From the NCBI RefSeq assembly GCF_047606145.1, contig NZ_JASGET010000118.1, forward strand, positions 34,713 to 98,712: DNA of 64,000 nt. Direction: 5' to 3'. Position 1 is the stretch's first letter; every line of letters begins with the position of its first letter. Source of the DNA: Nocardioides sp. (GTDB taxonomy: Bacteria; Actinomycetota; Actinomycetes; Propionibacteriales; Nocardioidaceae). Made by a program: the position numbers and the translations under genes. Positions 52,825-60,905 of this stretch are shown one piece after another. The notes beneath the pieces are model-generated. The model did not search any database and was not told the DNA's origin. It saw nothing but the letters and a program-made list of their open reading frames with translations.

Positions 52825-54996
52825 ATGACAGGCACGACCTCGCCCGCCCATCCCGGGCCACCTCAGGCCAAGGTCCCCGTCGATGCGGCGGCCGGACCTC
52901 TGGGTCGTCTCGGGCTGTGGGTGATCCGTCATGCCCGCCTGGTCGCGCTGGTGTGGGCGGTCGTCATCGTCGGCCTGGGCGTGTTCGCGCCGCGGGTGGA
53001 AGCGACCCTCTCCGGGGCGGGGTGGCAGGCAAACGGCTCGGAGTCGGTCGCGGTCCGCGATCTCGTACAGGACCACTTCGGCGGTACCGCGAGCTCGGCG
53101 ATCCAGGTCGTCGTGCACAGCACCGACGGACCCGTCACCACCGGCGAGGGCGCCCGCGCGCTCACCGAGGCCACCGCGATCCTGAACCGCGACCCGCGGA
53201 TCTCGAGCGTGATCCAGCCGCAGGCAGGCACCACGCTGAGCAAGGACGGGCAGACCGCGATCCTGATCGGCGGCGCCGGGGCCGACACCAACGAGATGGT
53301 CAAGGCCGCCACCGACCTCAAGGACGACCTGCAGGATCTCTCGACCTCCTCGGTGCAGGTGAGTCCGACCGGTTCCTCGCTGCTGTGGTCGGACTTCAAC
53401 GAGGCCAACCTCTCCGCGATGCTGAAGTCGGAGATGCTCTCCTGGCCGGTGACCTTGGCCATCTTGGTGCTCGCCTTCGGCGCACTGGTCGCCGCCGGAT
53501 TGCCGCTCATCCTGACCATGGCCGGGCTGCTGGCCTCCGCGGGATCGCTGGTGGTGATCAACGAGCTGGTCCCGGTCTCGATCTGGGCGATGAACTTCGC
53601 GATGATGTTCGCCCTCGCGCTGGGGATCGACTACGCGCTCTTCCTCGTGGTGCGTTACCGCGCCGCCCGCTTCGGCGACGACTCCACGAGGGAGACGGCG
53701 ATCGCGGAGACCATGGACACCGCCGGCAAGGCCGTGCTGCTCTCCGGCCTGACCGTGCTGGTCTCCCTCTCCGCGGTTCTGCTGGTCCCCTCCCCCTCCT
53801 TCCGGTCGATGGCGGGCGGGATCATGCTGGCCGTCGTCTTCGTCCTCGCCGCCACGCTCACCCTGCTGCCCCTGGTGCTGCACAGGCTCGACAGACGCAT
53901 CGACAAGCTCGCCCTGCGCTGGGTCCACTCCGGGGAGCACCGCTCACCCCGGTTCGCGGCCTGGGGACGGCTCCTGGGCCGGCACCCGCTGGTCTTCGGC
54001 ACCATCGCGCTGGTGGCGCTGGTCGCGTTGGCTGCGCCGATCCTCGGACTCAAGACCGCCATGCCCTCCATCAAGGTCCTCCCCGACGACGCCTCGGCCC
54101 GGGTCGGCTATCACCAGGTCCAGAAGGCATTCGGCGACGGTGCGCCCGGCATGCTCCAGATCGTCATCCCCACCGACCGGGCCAAGCAGGTCACCGCCGT
54201 CCTCGCCAAGGACGCGGGCATCGCCGGCGTCCTGCCCGCCCAGTCGGCGCCCGACGACTCGGGCTACAGCCTCGTCCAGGCCGTCCCGACCGTCGATCCC
54301 TCCGACCCGGCCCTCGCCGCCACGGTCGACCGGCTGCGCACCGACCTGCCCTCCACGGCACTGGTCGGCGGCGCCGCGGTGGAGAACCTCGACCTCAAGC
54401 ACCAGCTCGACGACTCCACCCCACTGGTGATCGGGGTCGTCCTCGGCCTCGGCTTCCTGCTACTGCTCATCGCCCTGCAGGCACCACTCATCGCCTTCCT
54501 CGGCACGGTGACCAGCCTGCTCTCCACCGGCGCGGCCTTCGGCGTGGCCCGGCTCATCTTCCAAGAAGGACACCTCTCCGGCCTCTTCGGCTTCGAGTCC
54601 CAAGGCTTCCTCGACGCCTGGGCACCGGTGTTCTTCTTCGCCATGATCTTCGCCATCGCGATGGACTACACCGTCTTCCTGCTCGCCTCCGCCAAGGAGC
54701 ACTACGAGAAGACCGGCGACCCCCGCGAGGCCATGGTCGGCGCACTCGCCCACTCCGGCCGCGTCATCTTCGCCGCCGGCGGCGTCATGGTCGCCATCTT
54801 CTTCACCTTCTCCCTCTCCGGCCCCCTCCCGCCCAAGGAGATGGGCGTGATCCTCGGGGTGGCCGTCCTCCTCGACGCCTTCCTCATCCGCCTCGTCCTC
54901 CTGCCGGTGATGCTCCGCCTCACCGGACGCGCCGCCTGGGCCACTCCACGCTGGCTACGCCGGATCCTGCCGACCATCACCTTCTCCCACGGCTGA
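52825..54996 (+). CDS. MMPL-family (RND superfamily) transporter
   Basis: The RBS GAAGGAGAG precedes ATG 52825. It has 12 TM segments and the motif LGIDYALFLVVRYR. Confidence 0.9.
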   Translation: MTGTTSPAHPGPPQAKVPVDAAAGPLGRLGLWVIRHARLVALVWAVVIVGLGVFAPRVEATLSGAGWQANGSESVAVRDLVQDHFGGTASSAIQVVVHSTDGPVTTGEGARALTEATAILNRDPRISSVIQPQAGTTLSKDGQTAILIGGAGADTNEMVKAATDLKDDLQDLSTSSVQVSPTGSSLLWSDFNEANLSAMLKSEMLSWPVTLAILVLAFGALVAAGLPLILTMAGLLASAGSLVVINELVPVSIWAMNFAMMFALALGIDYALFLVVRYRAARFGDDSTRETAIAETMDTAGKAVLLSGLTVLVSLSAVLLVPSPSFRSMAGGIMLAVVFVLAATLTLLPLVLHRLDRRIDKLALRWVHSGEHRSPRFAAWGRLLGRHPLVFGTIALVALVALAAPILGLKTAMPSIKVLPDDASARVGYHQVQKAFGDGAPGMLQIVIPTDRAKQVTAVLAKDAGIAGVLPAQSAPDDSGYSLVQAVPTVDPSDPALAATVDRLRTDLPSTALVGGAAVENLDLKHQLDDSTPLVIGVVLGLGFLLLLIALQAPLIAFLGTVTSLLSTGAAFGVARLIFQEGHLSGLFGFESQGFLDAWAPVFFFAMIFAIAMDYTVFLLASAKEHYEKTGDPREAMVGALAHSGRVIFAAGGVMVAIFFTFSLSGPLPPKEMGVILGVAVLLDAFLIRLVLLPVMLRLTGRAAWATPRWLRRILPTITFSHG

Positions 54997-55047
54997 TCAC
55001 CACCGCCTACTCACGAGCACGCCTCACCGCCAGGAAAGAGAGTCACC

Positions 55048-55212
55048 ATGTGTCGTCCGGTGCGCTGCAAGACCTGCCACAAGACCACCTGGGCCGGATG
55101 CGGACAACACCTCGCCCACGTCAAGGCGATGGTCCCGGCCGACCAGTGGTGCTCCGGACACACGGACGCACCACGCACGGGATTGCTCGGGAGAATCCTC
55201 CGACGGGCGTGA
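55048..55212 (+). CDS. small Cys-rich protein (54 aa)
   Basis: The sequence is MCRPVRCKTCHKTTWAGCGQHLAHVKAMVPADQWCSGH... It is below the ORF-track size cutoff. An upstream GGAAAGAGAG is present and GC3 is fairly high. Confidence 0.5.
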   Translation: MCRPVRCKTCHKTTWAGCGQHLAHVKAMVPADQWCSGHTDAPRTGLLGRILRRA

Positions 55213-57532
55213 GCCGACTGCTGCTGGTGGCACTGGCCACCACGTTGCCGGACACCGCACCGTCCGCAACCGATCCGAGGGAGCGTCTCGTGCCCGTCTC
55301 GCATCCCGTGCCGCACCTGGTCGTGCACATCCCCGAGAGCACCCGACCCGCGGGTGAGCCGTCTGCCGGGCCCTCGACCGAGACGTGCGGGGTGATGCGA
55401 TCGGCCCAGCGCGGGTAGGCCCAGACCCGAGGGCCGATGATCCGCATGAGTGCCGGCACCAGGACCATCCGGACGACGAAGGCATCGACGACCACCGCGA
55501 GTGCCAGCCCGATGCCGATGCAGGAGACGATCCGTTGGCCGGAGAAGCCGAAGGAGGCGAAGACGGCCAGCATGATCGTGGCGGCGGTGGCGATGACCCT
55601 GGCGGTCTCGGAGATGCCGACGCGGATCGACCGGACATGGTCACGGCCGTGGGTCCACTCCTCATGCATCCGACTGACCAAGAACACCTGGTAGTCCATC
55701 GAGAGGCCGAACATGACGCCGACGATCATCACGGGCACGATGTAGGAGATCGGTGCGCCCTCGCCGACGCCCAACAGCTCGCTGCCCCATCCCCACTGGA
55801 AGATCGCGGTCAGCACCCCCAGGCCGACCACGATGGTGGCGAGGTTGCTGAGAGCCCCCACCAGCGGGAGCAGAAGGCTGCGGAAGGCCACCACGAGCAG
55901 CAGGAAGCCGAGCCCGGCGACGACCACGAGGTAGAGCGGCAACTTGCTCATCAGATGGTCGGCGATGTCGATGTTCGTGGCCGTCGTGCCACCGACGTAC
56001 ACCTGCAGGCTGTTGTCGGACTCGGCCTCCGGGATCACGTCCTCACGCAGATGCTCGACCAGGTCCACGGTGGCCTGCGACCCCGAGCTGCTCGAGGGGG
56101 TGACCTGGACGATCGAGAGACCGTCGCGGACCCTGGCGGGCGAGGTCGCAGCCGCGACATCGGCGACCGAGGTCAGCTGTTCGGCGAGATGCGCGAACGC
56201 CTGCGTGGACGCCGTATCCGGGGTCGTGGCAACCAGCACGAGGGTCGCATCGATGCCGCTGCCGAAGGCAGGACTCATCATCTCGTAGTACTCCCGGGAG
56301 GCCGAACCGGTCTTGTCGCTGCTGGCGTCGGCCTCGCCCACGCGCATCGAGAGAACGGGGACCGCCAGCGCGGCCAGGACGACCACGGCCACCAGGACCA
56401 TCGGCTTCGGCGCTCGGGTGACCAGTGCCGACCATGCGGCACCGGGAGTACGCCGACCGGCCGACGGCGCGGCGTCTTGGGCACGGGTATCTGCCTCGGG
56501 CCTACCTGCCTCGGGCGCCTGCTCGAGCAACAGGAGCCGGCGCTGCTTCGTGGAGAGCACACGCAGCCCCAGCACCGAGAGGAGTGCGGGCAGGAGCGTG
56601 ATCGCCGCAAGCACCGTGAAGGCCACGGTGACGGCAGCTGCCTGGCCCATGCCGGTCAACACGCTCATGCCGACCACATACATCGCCACCAACGCGGCGA
56701 TGACGGTGAGACCGGCGAAGATGACGGCCCGGCCCGAGGTGTCCTCGGCCCGGCGGATCGCCTCCTCGACCGAGTCGCCGGCCAGCAGCGCCTTGCGATG
56801 ACGATTGACGATGAACAGCGCATAGTCGATGCCGACCCCGAGTCCGATCAGCGACCCCATGGTGATGGAGTCGCTGGCCAGGTCGACCACGTGCGAGCCG
56901 ACCATGACGACGAGCAACGAGGTGACGACGCCGGCCACACCGGTGAGGATCGGGAGAGCCGCGGCCCACAGCGAGCGGAACATCAGCAGCAGGATGGCCA
57001 GGGCGGCCAGGATGCCGATCGCCTCGGCGATGCCCCCGGCCGCTGGGTCGGTGGTGAAGCCCTGACCGCCGATCTCGACGTCGAGGTGAGCACTCTCGAT
57101 CGACTGGGCGACCTCACGCACCGTGTCGACGTCGACGTCATCGGTCACCGTGACATTCGCGTAGGCGGTGTCGTGGTCCCTGCTCAGTTGGGCGGACTCG
57201 GCGGCGCCGTACGGACTCTGCACGGAGACCACGTCGGGCAGCACCGCGATCTTCTTCAGCATCGCGCGAACCTCGGCACGAACCGCGGGCGAGTCGACCG
57301 ACTCGCCGGTGGCGTGCCAGACGATCCGTCCGGTCTCGGTGTCCTCGGCGCCGGTCTCGGCCGAGTCGAGGAGCGTGTATGCGTGCGTCGACTCGCTGTC
57401 GGGGAGATCGGCGACGGTCTTGAAGTCGGAGCCCATCCCGACGACGAGGCCGACCAGGACGACGACGGCGCCGATCCACCCTCCGATGACGACGAGACGG
57501 TGCCGGGAGCACCACCGGGCAAGAGCGGACAT
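55121..57532 (-). CDS. MMPL-family transporter
   Basis: ATG 57532 is preceded by GGAAGG. It has 12 TM segments and the motif VGIDYALFIVNRHR. The last roughly 60 aa look non-conserved and overlap the small ORF on the other strand. Confidence 0.9.
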   Translation of the reverse strand: MSALARWCSRHRLVVIGGWIGAVVVLVGLVVGMGSDFKTVADLPDSESTHAYTLLDSAETGAEDTETGRIVWHATGESVDSPAVRAEVRAMLKKIAVLPDVVSVQSPYGAAESAQLSRDHDTAYANVTVTDDVDVDTVREVAQSIESAHLDVEIGGQGFTTDPAAGGIAEAIGILAALAILLLMFRSLWAAALPILTGVAGVVTSLLVVMVGSHVVDLASDSITMGSLIGLGVGIDYALFIVNRHRKALLAGDSVEEAIRRAEDTSGRAVIFAGLTVIAALVAMYVVGMSVLTGMGQAAAVTVAFTVLAAITLLPALLSVLGLRVLSTKQRRLLLLEQAPEAGRPEADTRAQDAAPSAGRRTPGAAWSALVTRAPKPMVLVAVVVLAALAVPVLSMRVGEADASSDKTGSASREYYEMMSPAFGSGIDATLVLVATTPDTASTQAFAHLAEQLTSVADVAAATSPARVRDGLSIVQVTPSSSSGSQATVDLVEHLREDVIPEAESDNSLQVYVGGTTATNIDIADHLMSKLPLYLVVVAGLGFLLLVVAFRSLLLPLVGALSNLATIVVGLGVLTAIFQWGWGSELLGVGEGAPISYIVPVMIVGVMFGLSMDYQVFLVSRMHEEWTHGRDHVRSIRVGISETARVIATAATIMLAVFASFGFSGQRIVSCIGIGLALAVVVDAFVVRMVLVPALMRIIGPRVWAYPRWADRITPHVSVEGPADGSPAGRVLSGMCTTRCGTGCETGTRRSLGSVADGAVSGNVVASATSSSRLTPVGGFSRAIPCVVRPCVRSTTGRPGPSP

Positions 57533-57768
57533 GTGACTGCCTTCCGGGAGACGAGCGGGAGAATCTGACTCACCCACGGTTTCGTGAACACGACCTCGAG
57601 ACGTCAGCCCAACGCGGTCATCCACCTACCGCGATCGCGGTACGGCCCCCACCCCTCTCGGCGCAGCCGCCGTGGACCGGCGGACCCAGCCGCGCGGAAT
57701 GGGAGTGAGACCATGGGTCCCACCGGACTGCGACGCGGTGGGACAACCTCGACCACGGAGGGACGACG

Positions 57769-58992
57769 ATGGTGATCACGGGACGTCCCACGGTGGTCGA
57801 CTGGCTGGTCACGGTGGGCACGCTGTTGGTGATGCTCGTGACCGCGTCGGTGCGGACGGGGACGTTCGCCGTTCCCCAGACCGCCCTCCTGGTGGCGACG
57901 CTGCTCGCCTGGCTCCCGCTGGTCGTGCGAACCCGTCTACCCCGGTCGACGCTGACCGCGGTCGCCGCCATCGAGTGCTGTCACATCGCCTTGCTGGGCG
58001 CGATGGACCTGCCTCGGGCCGGCGACCCGATGGGTGCCTACCAGCCCGTGCCGATCGCGACGATGATCGCCGCGTTCACGCTCGCCGGCCGCGCGCGGCC
58101 GTCATCGGCTTGGCCCGCGGCCTGCGCGGCGTCGGCAGCCCTCCTCATCTCCGGTCTCGTCTTCCACGGCCGGGACCTGCTCGCCACCGACATGGTCGCC
58201 GTCGACCTCGTCATCATCGCCACCGCCGTGGGCGCGGTGGGCAACGCTCGTCGGACCCGAGTCGCGCGCGCGGGACGGCGGATCGCCGAGGAGAAGCGGC
58301 AGGCCGTCCTCGACGAGCGGCTACGCATCGCCCGCGACCTGCACGACGCCCTCGCACACAACCTCACGCTGGTCAACGCCCAGGCCTCGGTCGCCGACTA
58401 TCTGCTACGCAGTGATCCCGAAGCGGCCGGCAAGGCGTTACAAGACATCACCCGACACTCCCGACAGGCGATCGATGAGCTCCGTGCCACCGTCGGCCTG
58501 CTGCGCTACGACGATGCGACGACGGGCGGACCCGAGGATCTCCTCCCCGTCCCGGGCCTGGATCAACTCGACGACCTCCTCCAGAAGTTCCGCAACACCG
58601 GGACCTCGGTCGATCTCGTCGTCGTGGGCGAGCCACGGCGACTGGGCCAACATGCGGACCTGGCGGCGTACCGGATAGTCCAGGAGGCGCTCACCAACGC
58701 CGCCAAGCACGCACCCGGCGAACCGGTGGTCCTGGAGATGCACTGGGTCGAGGACGAACTGCGCCTGCGCCTCACCAACCCGATCCCGGCACACCCGATC
58801 ACTCCGCTGGTCCCGGGAACCGGTCACGGACTCATCGGCATGCGTGAGCGGGCTCTCGCCGCAGGCGGGACCCTCGACGCCGATCCAGGCCACCAGAAGC
58901 TCTTCGAGGTGCGGGCAAGCCTGCCGGTCGCCACCGCATCCGCCCCGCCGTCGATCTCTCTCGACGAAGATCGAGAGGAGACCGCTCGGTGA
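57769..58992 (+). CDS. sensor histidine kinase (HisKA_3/NarL-type)
   Basis: It has N-terminal TM segments, the H-box RLRIARDLHDALAHNL, the N-box QEALTNAAKHA and the G-box GTGHGLIGMRERA. Confidence 0.9.
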   Translation: MVITGRPTVVDWLVTVGTLLVMLVTASVRTGTFAVPQTALLVATLLAWLPLVVRTRLPRSTLTAVAAIECCHIALLGAMDLPRAGDPMGAYQPVPIATMIAAFTLAGRARPSSAWPAACAASAALLISGLVFHGRDLLATDMVAVDLVIIATAVGAVGNARRTRVARAGRRIAEEKRQAVLDERLRIARDLHDALAHNLTLVNAQASVADYLLRSDPEAAGKALQDITRHSRQAIDELRATVGLLRYDDATTGGPEDLLPVPGLDQLDDLLQKFRNTGTSVDLVVVGEPRRLGQHADLAAYRIVQEALTNAAKHAPGEPVVLEMHWVEDELRLRLTNPIPAHPITPLVPGTGHGLIGMRERALAAGGTLDADPGHQKLFEVRASLPVATASAPPSISLDEDREETAR

Positions 58993-59660
58993 GCACCATC
59001 CGCATCCTGCTCGCCGACGACCAGGCGCTGTTGCGAGGAACCTTCCGGCTGCTCCTGGAGGCAACTCCGGATCTCGAGGTGGTGGGTGAGGCGGCCACCG
59101 GCCGCGAGGCCGTCGCCCTGGCCCGAGCGACACGTCCCGACGTCGTGCTCATGGACATCCGCATGCCCGACATGGACGGGGTCGAGGCCACCGGCCTGAT
59201 CACCGCGGACGACACGCTGGCCGACGTCCGAGTGCTCATCTTGACCACCTTCGAGACCGACGACCTGGTCGTCGCCGCACTGCGCGCCGGCGCCTCGGGA
59301 TTCCTCGGCAAGGACGTCCCGCCCGCGTCTCTGATCGACGCGATCCGCACCATCGCCGATGGCGAGCGATTGCTCTCCCCGACCGCAACCAGAGCCCTCA
59401 TCGCACGGGTGGTCACCCAGCCGGAGCCCCGGCCCCGCGGACGGCTCCCCGGCGTCGACCCGCTCACCGAGCGGGAGGCGGAGGTCACCGCGCTGGTCGC
59501 GCAGGGCCTGTCCAACCAGGAGATCGGTGAACGACTCTTCATCAGCCCCGCCACCGCCAAGACCCATGTCAATCGAGCGATGATGAAGACCGGTGCCCGC
59601 GACCGGGCGCAGTTGGTCGTCTTCGCCTACGAGGCCGGGCTCGTCGGCGATCGCCTCTGA
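58989..59660 (+). CDS. NarL/LuxR-family response regulator
   Basis: The receiver domain shows ILLADDQ...DVVLMDIRMPDMDG and the LuxR HTH shows LSNQEIGERLFISPATAKTHV. GTG 58989 overlaps the kinase stop. Confidence 0.95.
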   Translation: MSTIRILLADDQALLRGTFRLLLEATPDLEVVGEAATGREAVALARATRPDVVLMDIRMPDMDGVEATGLITADDTLADVRVLILTTFETDDLVVAALRAGASGFLGKDVPPASLIDAIRTIADGERLLSPTATRALIARVVTQPEPRPRGRLPGVDPLTEREAEVTALVAQGLSNQEIGERLFISPATAKTHVNRAMMKTGARDRAQLVVFAYEAGLVGDRL

Positions 59661-59786
59661 CGGCTCGAGAAGCTGGCGAGGACGGTCCGCATGACGCCCG
59701 TGCGCATGCGGGTACCGATCGACACTCAGTGCAGCCGACCATTTCGATCCTCGGCCACGACCGTCACCGTCACGACGGTCGTATCC

Positions 59787-60215
59787 TCACTCCCGGTCTC
59801 GAGCCGCGCACTCGGCACACCGGCCGAAGAGCTCGACGGTGTGGGTCACCTCGACGAAGCCGTGGGTGCGTGCCGCGGCGTTGGCCCAGCGCTCGACGGC
59901 CGGTCCCTCGATCTCGACGGTGCGGCCGCACTCGCGGCAGACCAGGTGGTGGTGGTGGCTCGCGCCGCACTTGCGGTAGAGCGCCTCGCCCTCGGTCGTC
60001 CGCAGTACGTCGACTTCACCGGCTTCCGCCATCCCCTGGAGGTTGCGGTAGACGGTCGAGAGGCCGACCTTCTCCCCCGCCGCACGGATATCGTCGAACA
60101 CCTGCTGGGCGCTGACGAAGGCCTCGCCCTCCTGGAGCGCCTCGCGGACCAGTCGCCGGGGCCGGCTGCTCCGGCGGCCCGGCTCGGTGAACGCGACCTT
60201 CGCCTCTTGGGACAC
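59787..60215 (-). CDS. Fur-family transcriptional regulator (Zur-like)
   Basis: The start is GTG 60215. The motifs are STVYRNL, HHHHLVCRECG and CAEC. Confidence 0.85.
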   Translation of the reverse strand: MSQEAKVAFTEPGRRSSRPRRLVREALQEGEAFVSAQQVFDDIRAAGEKVGLSTVYRNLQGMAEAGEVDVLRTTEGEALYRKCGASHHHHLVCRECGRTVEIEGPAVERWANAAARTHGFVEVTHTVELFGRCAECAARDRE

Positions 60216-60326
60216 GTCCTCAGGGTAACCGAGCGTTGGTGGTGTCTCCGGTGAGCGACGAGCGGCCGGGCGGCCGCAGGGCCTGTTCTCACCGGCTGCC
60301 GGGCGAGGACCCACGCCCACCCGCGG

Positions 60327-60560
60327 CTAGGGCAGCAGGGCCATCTCGCGGGCGTTCTTGATGGCGGTGGCGACCCGGCGCTGCTGCTGCGGGGTGAGGC
60401 CGGTGACTCGTCGCGAGCGGATCTTGCCGCGGTCGGAGACGAAGGTGCGCAGCAGCCCGACGTCCTTGTAGTCGACGTAGGTGATACCCGCCTCGGTCAG
60501 CGGCGAGCGCCGCTTCTTCGGGGTCCGTTGCCGACCGGCGACACGTCTCGAGGGGGCCAT
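60327..60560 (-). CDS. rpsR: 30S ribosomal protein S18 (Cys-less paralog)
   Basis: The start is ATG 60560. The sequence is [50 protein letters not shown], with no CxxC motif. Confidence 0.9.
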   Translation of the reverse strand: MAPSRRVAGRQRTPKKRRSPLTEAGITYVDYKDVGLLRTFVSDRGKIRSRRVTGLTPQQQRRVATAIKNAREMALLP

Positions 60561-60575
60561 GCGCACTACGCTAAA

Positions 60576-60593
60576 TGACAATAGTTATTGTTT
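60576..60593. promoter_or_regulatory. AT-rich Fur-family-box-like palindrome
   Basis: The core is ACAATA-GT-TATTGT (60578-60591). It sits in a local low-GC patch between rpsR and the DUF1490-ATPase operon. Confidence 0.5.
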
Positions 60594-60623
60594 GCAACAA
60601 GACCCGTCGTCGAGAGGACCCCC

Positions 60624-60905
60624 ATGACAACCACCCATCTGGCCAGAAGGCTGCTCGGCACCGTCGCGACCGGCGTCGTCGGCGTCGGCGTGGTCGAGGC
60701 GGCCACACGCATCGCCGGCCCCGAGCTCGCCCGACGCGCGGCAGTCGCCGGCGCCGCCTGGGGGCTGCGCGGCATCCGGTCGGTCGAGACCGGCGCCGAG
60801 AGCGTCCGGCTCGTCACGGCCGACATCCTCGCTGAGGCCAAGGACCGCCTCGGCGAGCAGGCCACCCCGCCGGGACCCGATCTTGGCCATGACCACGAGC
60901 ACTGA
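60624..60905 (+). CDS. DUF1490-family protein
   Basis: The start is ATG 60624. It is a small helical protein directly upstream of, and overlapping, a P-type ATPase gene, as with Rv0968/Rv1993c-type genes (from memory). Confidence 0.6.
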   Translation: MTTTHLARRLLGTVATGVVGVGVVEAATRIAGPELARRAAVAGAAWGLRGIRSVETGAESVRLVTADILAEAKDRLGEQATPPGPDLGHDHEH

